Sequence record: SRR22947725_1514
DNA length: 54,056 bases
Direction: 5' to 3' (one strand)
A program made the position numbers and the translations under genes. This document shows positions 28,439-37,850 of this stretch, one piece after another. The number at the start of each line of letters is the position of its first letter. Position 1 is the first letter of the stretch. The notes under the pieces are model-generated. The model saw only the letters and a program-made list of their open reading frames with translations. It ran no database searches and had not been told where the DNA came from.

Positions 28439-29719
28439 ATGGGTGAAATTGTAAAAATGCCTCAATTAGGCGAAACAGTAACCGAAGGAACTATTCTAAG
28501 GTGGCTTGTCTCAGTTGGAGATGTAGTTAAAGAGGATGATCCAATCCTTGAAATCTCAACCGATAAGGTAGACACGGAAGTTCCCTCACCATTTGCGGGA
28601 GAAGTTACAGCATTACTTGTTGAAGAGGGTGAAACAGTCGAAGTGGGAGTTTCTTTAATGGAATTAGGTGGAGATGGCAATTCTACAAGTGAAAAACCAA
28701 AAGAAGAAGTTGAAGTTGTAAAAGAAAATATGAGTGAAAAAATTCCAGAAGTAAAAATTGATACTACAGAAACATCTACGCAAGTGACAAATAATAGAGA
28801 TCAGAAACTTTCGCCAATTGTAAGAAAACTTGCAAAAGAAAATAATATTAACCTTTCACAGGTTTCAGGAACTGGTAAGGATAATCGTATTACTCGCAAA
28901 GATATTGAAAAGATACTTGATTCTGGTGAAGTAGTGAAGCCACAAGAAAAAGAGGTAAAGAATGAAATATCTGAGCCAATTAATTCTGAAGAGCCAAAGA
29001 AAGCTACTAGTGGAAATATTCCAAGATTAAGAAAGAGAATTGCAGAGAATATGATCCTTTCAAAACAAACCTCTGCACATGTAATGACTTCAGTAGAAGT
29101 TGATTTTGAAAATATTGCGACATTAAGAAATAAAGTTAAATCAGAGTTTAAGCAAAAGGAAGGATTCTCTCTCACATTTCTACCATTTATCTCAGTTGCT
29201 ACCACTAACGCATTGCGTGAGTACCCAGTAGTTAATAGCTCATTTGACTTAGAAAACAATGTTCATGAATATCATGATTTCATAAATTTAGGGATTGCTG
29301 TTGATCTTAATAGAGAGGGATTGCTTGTCGGCACTATAAAGGATTCTGATTCATTTAATCTTCGAGGACTTGCAAGAAAGATTACAGAAGTTTCTAAACA
29401 GCTAAGAGGTAAGGAATATGGTTTAGAAGATGTAACTGGAAGTACGTTCACAATTTCTAACAACGGATCATTTAATTCATTTATCACTTCTCCAATAATT
29501 AATCAGCCAAACGTAGCAATACTTTCTACTGAGTCAATAAAAAAGAAACCAGTTGTTATAGAATCTGCAGATGGATCGGATTCAATAGCAATAAGAAATA
29601 CTGGTGTACTCAGTCTTACCTGGGATCATCGAGTGTTTGATGGTTCAACAGCACTTTTGTTTCTAAATAGCATTAAAGATCAGTTAGAAAATCATACTTG
29701 GTCAGAAGACCTAAATTGA
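28439..29719 (+). CDS. Dihydrolipoamide acyltransferase (E2) with one lipoyl domain
   Basis: MPQLGETVTEG, STDKVDTEVPSP, E3-binding SPIVRKLA..GTG..RIT, DHRVFDG. Confidence 0.95.
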   Translation: MGEIVKMPQLGETVTEGTILRWLVSVGDVVKEDDPILEISTDKVDTEVPSPFAGEVTALLVEEGETVEVGVSLMELGGDGNSTSEKPKEEVEVVKENMSEKIPEVKIDTTETSTQVTNNRDQKLSPIVRKLAKENNINLSQVSGTGKDNRITRKDIEKILDSGEVVKPQEKEVKNEISEPINSEEPKKATSGNIPRLRKRIAENMILSKQTSAHVMTSVEVDFENIATLRNKVKSEFKQKEGFSLTFLPFISVATTNALREYPVVNSSFDLENNVHEYHDFINLGIAVDLNREGLLVGTIKDSDSFNLRGLARKITEVSKQLRGKEYGLEDVTGSTFTISNNGSFNSFITSPIINQPNVAILSTESIKKKPVVIESADGSDSIAIRNTGVLSLTWDHRVFDGSTALLFLNSIKDQLENHTWSEDLN

Positions 29720-31344
29720 GAAAACTAAATATTAGATGGCTTGGTAACCTTCCTTACTCCGAAGCTTTAATTTTACAAAAAGGTCTCAAAGAGTCTGTTT
29801 CAAAAGAATATAACCCCTATGACTATTTACTACTTCTTGAACATAACAATGTAATAACCATTGGACGAACAGGAGATCCTAAAAATATTCTTTTAGATAG
29901 TGACCAGTTAGAGAAAAAAGGTATAGAATTTTTTGAAACTGACCGTGGTGGAGATGTAACTTTTCATGGGAAGGGTCAATTAATTGGCTATCCAATAATT
30001 AGGTTAGAAGATCCAAAAAAAGTAATACCTTTTGTTAGAAGTTTAGAAACAACAATTATTGAAACACTAAAAAGTTTTAATATAGATTCTTTTTCTAAAG
30101 AAGATGACACAGGGGTGTGGACTCCAGAAGGGAAGATAGCATCTATAGGTATAAAGGTAAGTAAGTGGACAACTTATCATGGATTTTCATTAAATATATT
30201 TGATAATCTAGATGGCTTTAATTTAATTAATCCTTGTGGCAATGAAGACGAAAAGATAGCAGCAGTTCAAACATTTAATAAAGAGGTTTCTTTTGATGAT
30301 GTTGTAAAAAAAGTTAATGAAATTTTCCCTGTAGTTTATGGGTATCAAGATACTGATGTACAGATGTCTCAATTCACTCCCACCCAACTTAAAAAGCAAA
30401 AAAAACATGAAATAGATGAGATGGTTGATAGGGGTGTTTTCCAAAAAAATAAAAATATTATTCCAATTACCATAAAGGGCTTGCTTCCAGATGAGCCTCA
30501 AAGGCCTGAATGGATGAAAGTAAAAGCTAACTTAGGAAAAGATTATAGAGATTTGAAGAATCTTATTTCTGAAAAAAAATTAAACACTGTCTGTGAAGAA
30601 GCATCTTGTCCAAATATATATGAATGCTGGTCTATGGGAACTGCGACTTTTATGATAATGGGAGATACTTGTACAAGAGCCTGTGGTTTTTGTGACGTGA
30701 ATACAGGAAAACCATGTGACTTAGATGACTTGGAGCCTTTGCGTGTAGCTGAAAGTGTTCAGACCATGGGGCTTACTCATGCTGTAGTCACTTCAGTCAA
30801 TAGAGACGATCTTTCTGACGGAGGATCTAATTTTTTTGCAGAGACAATTACAGAAATAAAGAGGGTTAATCCAGAAACAAGCGTTGAAGTTCTAATCCCT
30901 GATTTTAAGGGAGACAAAATTTCGATTGATAATATTATCAGAGCAAATCCGGAAGTGCTAAACCATAATTTGGAAACTGTCCCAAGACTCCAAAGAGAAA
31001 TAAGAACAGCAGCATCTTATGGCAGGTCGTTATCTTTACTGCAGTATGCAAAAGATTCTGCATTTTTAGGTAAAACTAAAACTGGTTTAATAGTTGGCAT
31101 GGGAGAAGAATTTGATGAAGTAATAGCTGTGCTCGAAGATTTATCTCAGATCAATGTTGATATTGTAACCATCGGACAGTATTTAAGACCAACTGCAAAA
31201 CATAGACCAATCCATAGATATGTAGAAAAAGAAGAATTTTCAAAGTATAAATCTATAGGTGAATCTTTGGGAATATCTCATATAGAGTCAGGTCCCCTTG
31301 TAAGGTCTTCGTATCATGCAAAAGACTCTTTTGCCTCAGTGTAA
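29716..31344 (+). CDS. lipB-lipA: Fused octanoyltransferase LipB / lipoyl synthase LipA
   Basis: N-terminal LLLEH, DRGGDVTFHG.GQ, KIASIG, HGF, NPCG; C-terminal CEEASCPNIYEC, CTRACGFC, RSSY. One frame; likely TTG start overlapping the E2 stop. Confidence 0.92.
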   Translation: MRKLNIRWLGNLPYSEALILQKGLKESVSKEYNPYDYLLLLEHNNVITIGRTGDPKNILLDSDQLEKKGIEFFETDRGGDVTFHGKGQLIGYPIIRLEDPKKVIPFVRSLETTIIETLKSFNIDSFSKEDDTGVWTPEGKIASIGIKVSKWTTYHGFSLNIFDNLDGFNLINPCGNEDEKIAAVQTFNKEVSFDDVVKKVNEIFPVVYGYQDTDVQMSQFTPTQLKKQKKHEIDEMVDRGVFQKNKNIIPITIKGLLPDEPQRPEWMKVKANLGKDYRDLKNLISEKKLNTVCEEASCPNIYECWSMGTATFMIMGDTCTRACGFCDVNTGKPCDLDDLEPLRVAESVQTMGLTHAVVTSVNRDDLSDGGSNFFAETITEIKRVNPETSVEVLIPDFKGDKISIDNIIRANPEVLNHNLETVPRLQREIRTAASYGRSLSLLQYAKDSAFLGKTKTGLIVGMGEEFDEVIAVLEDLSQINVDIVTIGQYLRPTAKHRPIHRYVEKEEFSKYKSIGESLGISHIESGPLVRSSYHAKDSFASV

Positions 31345-31365
31345 GTAAGTCCTATACTGTTATAA

Positions 31366-33288
31366 ATGTTCAATAAAGTTACTAAATCTGTTCGCATACT
31401 TTCAGCTGCTGGCGTTGAAGAAGCGGGTTCTGGACATCCAGGTATGCCATTAGGGATGGCAGATGTTGGAACAGTACTTTACAAAAAATTTCTTAAAGTC
31501 TCAAATGAAAATCCTTCTTGGATAAATAGAGATAGATTTATTCTCAGCCCTGGTCATGGCTCTATGCTTTTGTATTCCCTACTTCATTTAAATGGATTCG
31601 ACATATCAATAGAAGATTTGAAAAACTTTCGTCAATTAAAATCAAAAACTCCTGGACACCCTGAACTAGATACATCCCTAGGTATAGATATGACAACAGG
31701 TCCTTTGGGCCAAGGTTTTTCTACTGGAGTAGGATTTGCACTAGCTGAAAGGTATCTTTCTGAACTATTAGGAGAGGATATAATTAACCATTTTACATAT
31801 GGAATAGTTTCGGACGGAGACCTGATGGAAGGTGTCTCATTTGAAGCTGCAGAACTAGCTTCAGTTTGGAAGTTGGGAAAGTTAATCTATATCTTTGATG
31901 ACAATAACATTTCTATTGATGGAAGGGTCACTAATGTATCATCAACAGATCAAAAGAAAAAATTTGAATCTATAGGGTGGCATGTTCTTCAAGTTGATGC
32001 GCATGATGAAAATGAGATTTCTCAAGCATTAATAGATGCCAGAAATGTGCACGATAAACCATCTATCATCATAGCTAAATCAATAATTGGAAAATTCGCT
32101 CCGAATAAACAAGATACGAGTGGAGTTCATGGTTCGCCACTCGGAGCTGATGAAATGCAAGAATTCAAGAATAATATTGGCTGGCAAGAAGATCTTTTTG
32201 AACATAAAAAAGAAATATATGATTATTTTGATGAAAAAAGAAGAATAGACAATAATTTATTTTCTCAATGGAAAGAAACTTTTAGTAATAAATATGAAAC
32301 AAATGATGAGTTTAAGAAAAGTTGGGATTTATTAATTTCAAATGATATATCTATAGAACTACACTCTGACAAAACTTCATTAGCAACTAGGATTGCTGGT
32401 TCAAATGTTTTAAATTATATCGGAACAGTTACAAACAATATCATTGGTGGATCAGCTGATTTAACAGCTTCAACCAAACAAATCGTTGGTGATAGTAAGT
32501 TTTCACATGAAAATTATGGTGGTCGCAATCTCGAATACGGCATAAGAGAACACGCCATGGGAGCGATTGTAAACGGAATAACTCTACACAGTCATTTAGT
32601 TGGATATGGTTCCACATTTTTAGTATTTTCAGATTACATGAGACCAAGCATAAGACTTGCTGCATTAATGGAAAGTGATTCCGTATTCATATTTACTCAT
32701 GATTCAATTTACTTAGGTGAGGATGGTCCAACTCATCAACCTATAGAACATTTAATGGCATTACGCCTAATTCCAAATCTAGATGTCATAAGACCATCTA
32801 ACAGCTGCGAAATTGAGTATGCATATAGATATGCATTTAGTAAATCTGGAAATCCAAAAGCTATCGTACTTACTCGACAAAATCTTGAATATTTAGATTT
32901 AGATACTAAGTATGAAGAATTTACTAACGGTGCGTACATTGCGTCAGAGGGAGGCGACGTTACTATTTTTGCTTCAGGATCTGAATTAGAGCTAGCATTT
33001 TCTATAAAAGAATACCTTAAAGAAACACAAGTAAGAATCGTTTCTGTTCCGATATTAAATAAATTAGAAAATGTTGATCCCCAGGTAATCAGTGATCTTA
33101 AAGCAAGTAACTTAAATTTTACAATTGAACTAGGGCGATCAATTGGCTGGGAGACCTACCTTGGTGGAATAACAAAATCTTTTTCAATTGATCAATTTGG
33201 AATCTCAGCACCAATGGATAATTTAAGAGAACAATTTAAATTTACTACTGAACAAATTGGGGAAGAAATCAAAAAATTTCTAGGTTAA
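31366..33288 (+). CDS. tkt: Transketolase
   Basis: SGHPG, NRDRFILS.GH, TPGHPE, GPLGQG, SDGDLMEG, GIREHAM, THDSI..GEDGPTHQP; TATACT-N7-ATG. Confidence 0.97.
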   Translation: MFNKVTKSVRILSAAGVEEAGSGHPGMPLGMADVGTVLYKKFLKVSNENPSWINRDRFILSPGHGSMLLYSLLHLNGFDISIEDLKNFRQLKSKTPGHPELDTSLGIDMTTGPLGQGFSTGVGFALAERYLSELLGEDIINHFTYGIVSDGDLMEGVSFEAAELASVWKLGKLIYIFDDNNISIDGRVTNVSSTDQKKKFESIGWHVLQVDAHDENEISQALIDARNVHDKPSIIIAKSIIGKFAPNKQDTSGVHGSPLGADEMQEFKNNIGWQEDLFEHKKEIYDYFDEKRRIDNNLFSQWKETFSNKYETNDEFKKSWDLLISNDISIELHSDKTSLATRIAGSNVLNYIGTVTNNIIGGSADLTASTKQIVGDSKFSHENYGGRNLEYGIREHAMGAIVNGITLHSHLVGYGSTFLVFSDYMRPSIRLAALMESDSVFIFTHDSIYLGEDGPTHQPIEHLMALRLIPNLDVIRPSNSCEIEYAYRYAFSKSGNPKAIVLTRQNLEYLDLDTKYEEFTNGAYIASEGGDVTIFASGSELELAFSIKEYLKETQVRIVSVPILNKLENVDPQVISDLKASNLNFTIELGRSIGWETYLGGITKSFSIDQFGISAPMDNLREQFKFTTEQIGEEIKKFLG

Positions 33289-36251
33289 CATCCTGTATAT
33301 TTTTTCATTTCAGACTTAGTTCTGGCACCAGCAACACCATCAGGGATAAGTCCTACTTTTCTTTGAAAAGCTTTAATAGCTTCTTTAGTATAGGAACCCA
33401 TTTCTCCGTCTATTATTCCAGGATTGAAACCATTGTTTGAGAGGTATGTTTGAATCCCCTCAACAGAATCTAGATTTGCAGCTCTATTATCTCGCGCAGA
33501 ACAGGAATTCGTAGTGCACCCTGTATAGTTTCTCATAGCGGCTTTAGTTTTATTACCAACTATTCCATCAGCTAGTAGTCCGCTGGCTGTTTGAAAAGCT
33601 TTTATTGCAGATACTGTCTGTGGACCAGATTGCCCATCAATTGGTCCTGGTTTAAAGCCATTATTAGTTAAAAACTTTTGCAAGTCTAAAGTGTTATCTA
33701 GTTTTACATTTGAATTATCTTTAGCTACACAATCATCATTGCCTTCATTGGGATTAGAAACAGCTGTTTGTGCTGCTGATTCTACTTCACCCCCAACTGG
33801 TTCCCAGCCACTTTGAAAAGGTGTTTGGGTATAAACATCAGAATTGACAAGAGACTTGGTTACTAATTTGTTGATCATGAAAGAAACCTCCCCAATCGAT
33901 GTTTTTCTACTTGGACAAAATTTGTCTGCTAAGGAGCTACATGCAGGAATAATATCATTTGCAGCGAGAGTATAGATGCTACTTGTCCATTTGCTCGCAC
34001 CTTCATCAGAATAAGGATCAGTGCTACCTGTTAAATCGTTTGTTGTACCTGCCTTGATAGCTTTAGTTAACATACAAGCAAATTCATCTCTTGTTACAGA
34101 CTCTTTGGGAAGATATTGAAACGGGCTTCCAAAACATACTTGCATCCCATAATACGGCATACCATTTATCGCTTTCTGATAAATGCTTTGATCATCATCG
34201 CTATAAGCGTTTGGTGCATCTAATGGAATCCCCCCAGTTACAGCAACTACTGCTGCTGCCTCTTCTCTGGAAATTGTTTTATTCTGACATGCGGACGAAC
34301 TTTGAGTACATTTATCAAGTAAGCCTGCTTTACTCAAGTAAAGGAGACCACTAGTCGATGTTGCATATTGGGCTGTATCACCTGATGACTCAACAACACT
34401 CCCTCCTGATGAAGAACTCGATGGAGTTGTATTGTCTACAGTTACAGGACCTACGGCTAACGTTGAAACATCTGAAGCGCTTGAAGTTTTAAAATAGTGT
34501 GATGCAAAACCAAGTTGTGATTTAATATTTCTTCCAGATTTAGTTACCGTTCTTGCAGCTCCATTTTTATAACCTTTCATAGTAACCTCAGTTGCTGCAC
34601 CGGAGGTTGCAGCTGCAGAAACATAAATGTCTGTAATTGCATCAAAACACGGAATGTCACCACAAAGAATATTTCTAGATAGTTGATAAGTTGTAAAGTC
34701 ATATGACCATGCTGCTTTAGGGTTCCCTACACGATTATCTATAGACCAAGGGTCATCCACAGTTTGAAGATAAGGCCATACAGTTGAAGATCCAAAACCT
34801 ACTGCATTATCGTTAGTTTTCCCCCCAGTTGAAGAAGAATAAAAAGCTTGTATAACTCCGTCTCTCGTATAACCACCACCGTAAGTAATAACTTTTCCTG
34901 AAGTATTATTTACGGCTTGTACCCAATTTGGGCCTGCAATTTCCTTAAGGTATCCATAATAATATTGACTGGATGCAGTTGATCCAATATGACACCAGCA
35001 GTAAGCTTTTTGCTTTTCAGACAACCCTGCATCATAGACCGTCTGCTGACTAGGTATGTTTTCGTCTAAGTAGTGGAAAACTGCATAACTTCTTCCAACT
35101 AATGCTTGAGACTCTAAGGCTTTAACATTCCAATGTGATGGCATTTCTGCTAAACCATACAGGTATTTTTCTAAATTTACAGCAAGAACAACATGAAAGC
35201 CTGTAGACACAGACTTAGAACGTAGCTTTAATTCTCCGTGCTTATGTTCTCTAGGGCCAACGCGAATCCGACCACCTTCAGACCATTTTATTGTTATGTT
35301 ACAACTTGCAGACTGTTTGGAAACGAGGGGATGACCAGCAAAATAACACCCTCCATTTGAATATATAGTCGAAATAGTTGCCCCACCACTAATTTTTACA
35401 GGCCCCCAAATAGATTCACAAGGACCATCACTAGAGGCATCACTTTTGATTGCGCCCACTGTAGCATCATCGATTGCTCCAGTTTGAGATATTCCTTTAG
35501 AAGCTTGATAGTTTCTTAAAGCATTTGCAGTTTTATCACCATAAGCTCCATCTACAGGTCCAGGCTCAAAGCCTCTTGAGGCTAAAAATGACTGTACTCC
35601 TGCAGTCTGAGTGAGGCCTTCTTGGCAGATAAACAATGTTGGAGGACTAGATGATGGCAGTGTAGTCAAGGATATATTTTTGGCATTCCTTGCAAGTCCA
35701 ACCCATAATGCAGATTTATCGGTAGCAATTTCTGGTGATGAAAGCGAAAGATCAGAGAGTTGTTTATCGACAGTATCTTTGAAATAATAATTTACAACCT
35801 CATCAGAAGTACATGAGCTGGTGTTTGAACAAAACGATGCCCCAAGCTCAGTTAGTCCTTTTGCACCGTATTGACTCAGACCTACACCGTGCCCCCAACC
35901 GCTGCCCGTAAACGTAAAAGATTCTTCTGAGTAAGATCTCATTGCTTGTTTTGTTGCAGGACCAACTACTCCATCTGGGACTAAACCTGATGCAGACTGA
36001 AAAGCTTTTATTGCTGAAGTTGTCCTACCGCCAGATACTCCATCTATTGGCCCAGGATTAAATCCATTACAGTTTAAATATGTTTGTAAATCTTTAATAC
36101 TATCTAATGGAGCCACTGCATTGGACGCACATCCAAATGTAGTATTTACAGGGGTAGAAATTTCTCCATATGCATTGTTTTGACTAATTAAAACAAAAGA
36201 AAAGGTAAAAATTGAAATAAGGATTAATTTTTTTATCATGCCCTGAACCAT
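33285..36251 (-). CDS. Secreted SpoIID/LytB-family lytic transglycosylase with four PG-binding domains and SLH-like repeats
   Basis: Signal peptide; GSGWGHGVGLSQYGA, LEKYLYGLAEMP..W..ALESQA, YSSSTGG, PYLQTVDDP; four Q..L...GF.PG..DG..G..T..A....Q repeats; SRE/TRDE SLH-like units. Confidence 0.88.
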   Translation of the reverse strand: MVQGMIKKLILISIFTFSFVLISQNNAYGEISTPVNTTFGCASNAVAPLDSIKDLQTYLNCNGFNPGPIDGVSGGRTTSAIKAFQSASGLVPDGVVGPATKQAMRSYSEESFTFTGSGWGHGVGLSQYGAKGLTELGASFCSNTSSCTSDEVVNYYFKDTVDKQLSDLSLSSPEIATDKSALWVGLARNAKNISLTTLPSSSPPTLFICQEGLTQTAGVQSFLASRGFEPGPVDGAYGDKTANALRNYQASKGISQTGAIDDATVGAIKSDASSDGPCESIWGPVKISGGATISTIYSNGGCYFAGHPLVSKQSASCNITIKWSEGGRIRVGPREHKHGELKLRSKSVSTGFHVVLAVNLEKYLYGLAEMPSHWNVKALESQALVGRSYAVFHYLDENIPSQQTVYDAGLSEKQKAYCWCHIGSTASSQYYYGYLKEIAGPNWVQAVNNTSGKVITYGGGYTRDGVIQAFYSSSTGGKTNDNAVGFGSSTVWPYLQTVDDPWSIDNRVGNPKAAWSYDFTTYQLSRNILCGDIPCFDAITDIYVSAAATSGAATEVTMKGYKNGAARTVTKSGRNIKSQLGFASHYFKTSSASDVSTLAVGPVTVDNTTPSSSSSGGSVVESSGDTAQYATSTSGLLYLSKAGLLDKCTQSSSACQNKTISREEAAAVVAVTGGIPLDAPNAYSDDDQSIYQKAINGMPYYGMQVCFGSPFQYLPKESVTRDEFACMLTKAIKAGTTNDLTGSTDPYSDEGASKWTSSIYTLAANDIIPACSSLADKFCPSRKTSIGEVSFMINKLVTKSLVNSDVYTQTPFQSGWEPVGGEVESAAQTAVSNPNEGNDDCVAKDNSNVKLDNTLDLQKFLTNNGFKPGPIDGQSGPQTVSAIKAFQTASGLLADGIVGNKTKAAMRNYTGCTTNSCSARDNRAANLDSVEGIQTYLSNNGFNPGIIDGEMGSYTKEAIKAFQRKVGLIPDGVAGARTKSEMKKYTGC

Positions 36252-36288
36252 GGTTCTATTTTAGGTAATACAAGAATAATTGTATGTA

Positions 36289-36627
36289 TTAGAGTGAACT
36301 TTTCCATTTTTTATAAAGAGATTTTCCAAAGACAATAGAGAAATAAACCATAAAAGTTATATAAGTAATTGGAAAGAGTTCACCTTTTCTTGTAGCAAAA
36401 ACTTCGGGTGACAAAAGAAAAATACTCCCAAACATAATGATTCCTAGATATTTAAACTCTCGATACGCTCTGATAGAAATATATGACAGAAGGCTAAATA
36501 CTACAAAAGAAATTAATATATTCATATCAAATAAAGTATCTATTTTGGCCCACCCTGTTAAAAGAAGAATCCCTAATCCTAAAACTAAAGCACCAAATAT
36601 ATTTAAATTATTTTTTTCATTAGTCAT
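36289..36627 (-). CDS. Hypothetical membrane protein (~4 TM)
   Basis: Hydrophobic ORF; likely start MTNEK at 36627, which avoids overlap with the divergent gene. Confidence 0.7.
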   Translation of the reverse strand: MTNEKNNLNIFGALVLGLGILLLTGWAKIDTLFDMNILISFVVFSLLSYISIRAYREFKYLGIIMFGSIFLLSPEVFATRKGELFPITYITFMVYFSIVFGKSLYKKWKSSL

Positions 36628-36650
36628 ATATACATTATTGTAAAAGGAGT

Positions 36651-37292
36651 ATGAATTTGAGTACATTTATATATCTGGTTTTAATATTAAGTATTCCTTA
36701 TTTTTGGTACATTAGGCATTCAACAGGGCCAAAAAAAGGTTTTAGCTTATTATTTTCAGGAATAATTTCTATATCTTTATTTATTAGATTTAATTTAGTT
36801 GTTTTTATTGCACTAGTGATTCTTTTATCAGTGCTGACACATGAAAAAAAATTAATATCAGATTTCTCATTCCTTATAAGTTTTCTGATTTTAATCTATG
36901 ATTCATTTAGCCTATTAGAGAGTAGCCTCGTGGCTAGTTTTCTCCCAATAATGCTAGTTAGTGGAATATTTTCACTCATGATGATTGGCCATTGGTTTTT
37001 AGTAGATCCTACCATTACAAGGATTGGGATGAAAAATATAGCCCGTTCTTCGATGTTTATTGCTAGTTTGTTATGTTTATTGATGATTGCAGGATTAATT
37101 TCACCAGAGATATCATCATTCTATAAAAATATAATATTAGGGTTATATATTTCTTCAGCAGTTCTTTCATTAGGCTCATTAAAATCTCTTAACGAGACCT
37201 CATATACAGGTGTTATGGCGGCAACTGGACTGAGCTATCTTTCTTTATTAGTGTCACTTGGAGGAACAGGAACTCTGATACTTTTACCTTAG
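36651..37292 (+). CDS. Hypothetical multi-TM membrane protein with a GHWFL motif
   Basis: About 7 hydrophobic segments; MMIGHWFLVDP and SYTGVMAATGLSYL blocks; AAGGAG just upstream. Confidence 0.75.
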   Translation: MNLSTFIYLVLILSIPYFWYIRHSTGPKKGFSLLFSGIISISLFIRFNLVVFIALVILLSVLTHEKKLISDFSFLISFLILIYDSFSLLESSLVASFLPIMLVSGIFSLMMIGHWFLVDPTITRIGMKNIARSSMFIASLLCLLMIAGLISPEISSFYKNIILGLYISSAVLSLGSLKSLNETSYTGVMAATGLSYLSLLVSLGGTGTLILLP

Positions 37293-37307
37293 GACTATGC
37301 TGTTTAC

Positions 37308-37850
37308 ATGAAGATTTACACAAAAAAAGGCGATAAAGGAAATACTAAACTTCTTTATGGTGATACAGTATCAAAAGACAATCTGGCTCCAGAGGCTTAT
37401 GGATCAGTAGATGAGCTTGTTGCTTCACTTGGAATCATAAGAGCATCTAAAGATTTACCAGAAGCAACAAAAAAGGTAATTTTACAAATACAAAGGGAAC
37501 TATTTATCGTTGGTGCAGAATTAGCAACTTCCAAAGAAAATAGAGAGAAACTACTGCCTGGAAAGACATTAGTTGAAGAAACGATGATAACTAACCTAGA
37601 AGAAAAAATAGATACTCTAGAAGAGAAAAATGGAATTCCGGAATTTTTTGTCGTCCCTGGTGAAAATCCAATTTCAGCAAAAATAGATTGGTCAAGAGTA
37701 GTATCTAGAAGAGCTGAACGAAAGTGTGTTACGTGGCAAAATGCATTCGAGATAAAAGATTCAAAGGTTGTTATGTATTTAAATAGACTCTCGGATTACT
37801 TATGGATGCTTGCGAGAGACTTTGAAAAAGAATGGACACCTAGTAACTAA
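37308..37850 (+). CDS. pduO: ATP:cob(I)alamin adenosyltransferase, PduO type
   Basis: KIYTKKGDKG.T, EAYGSVDEL, F.VPG, R..RRAER, YLNRLSD; TATGCT-N6-ATG. Confidence 0.92.
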   Translation: MKIYTKKGDKGNTKLLYGDTVSKDNLAPEAYGSVDELVASLGIIRASKDLPEATKKVILQIQRELFIVGAELATSKENREKLLPGKTLVEETMITNLEEKIDTLEEKNGIPEFFVVPGENPISAKIDWSRVVSRRAERKCVTWQNAFEIKDSKVVMYLNRLSDYLWMLARDFEKEWTPSN

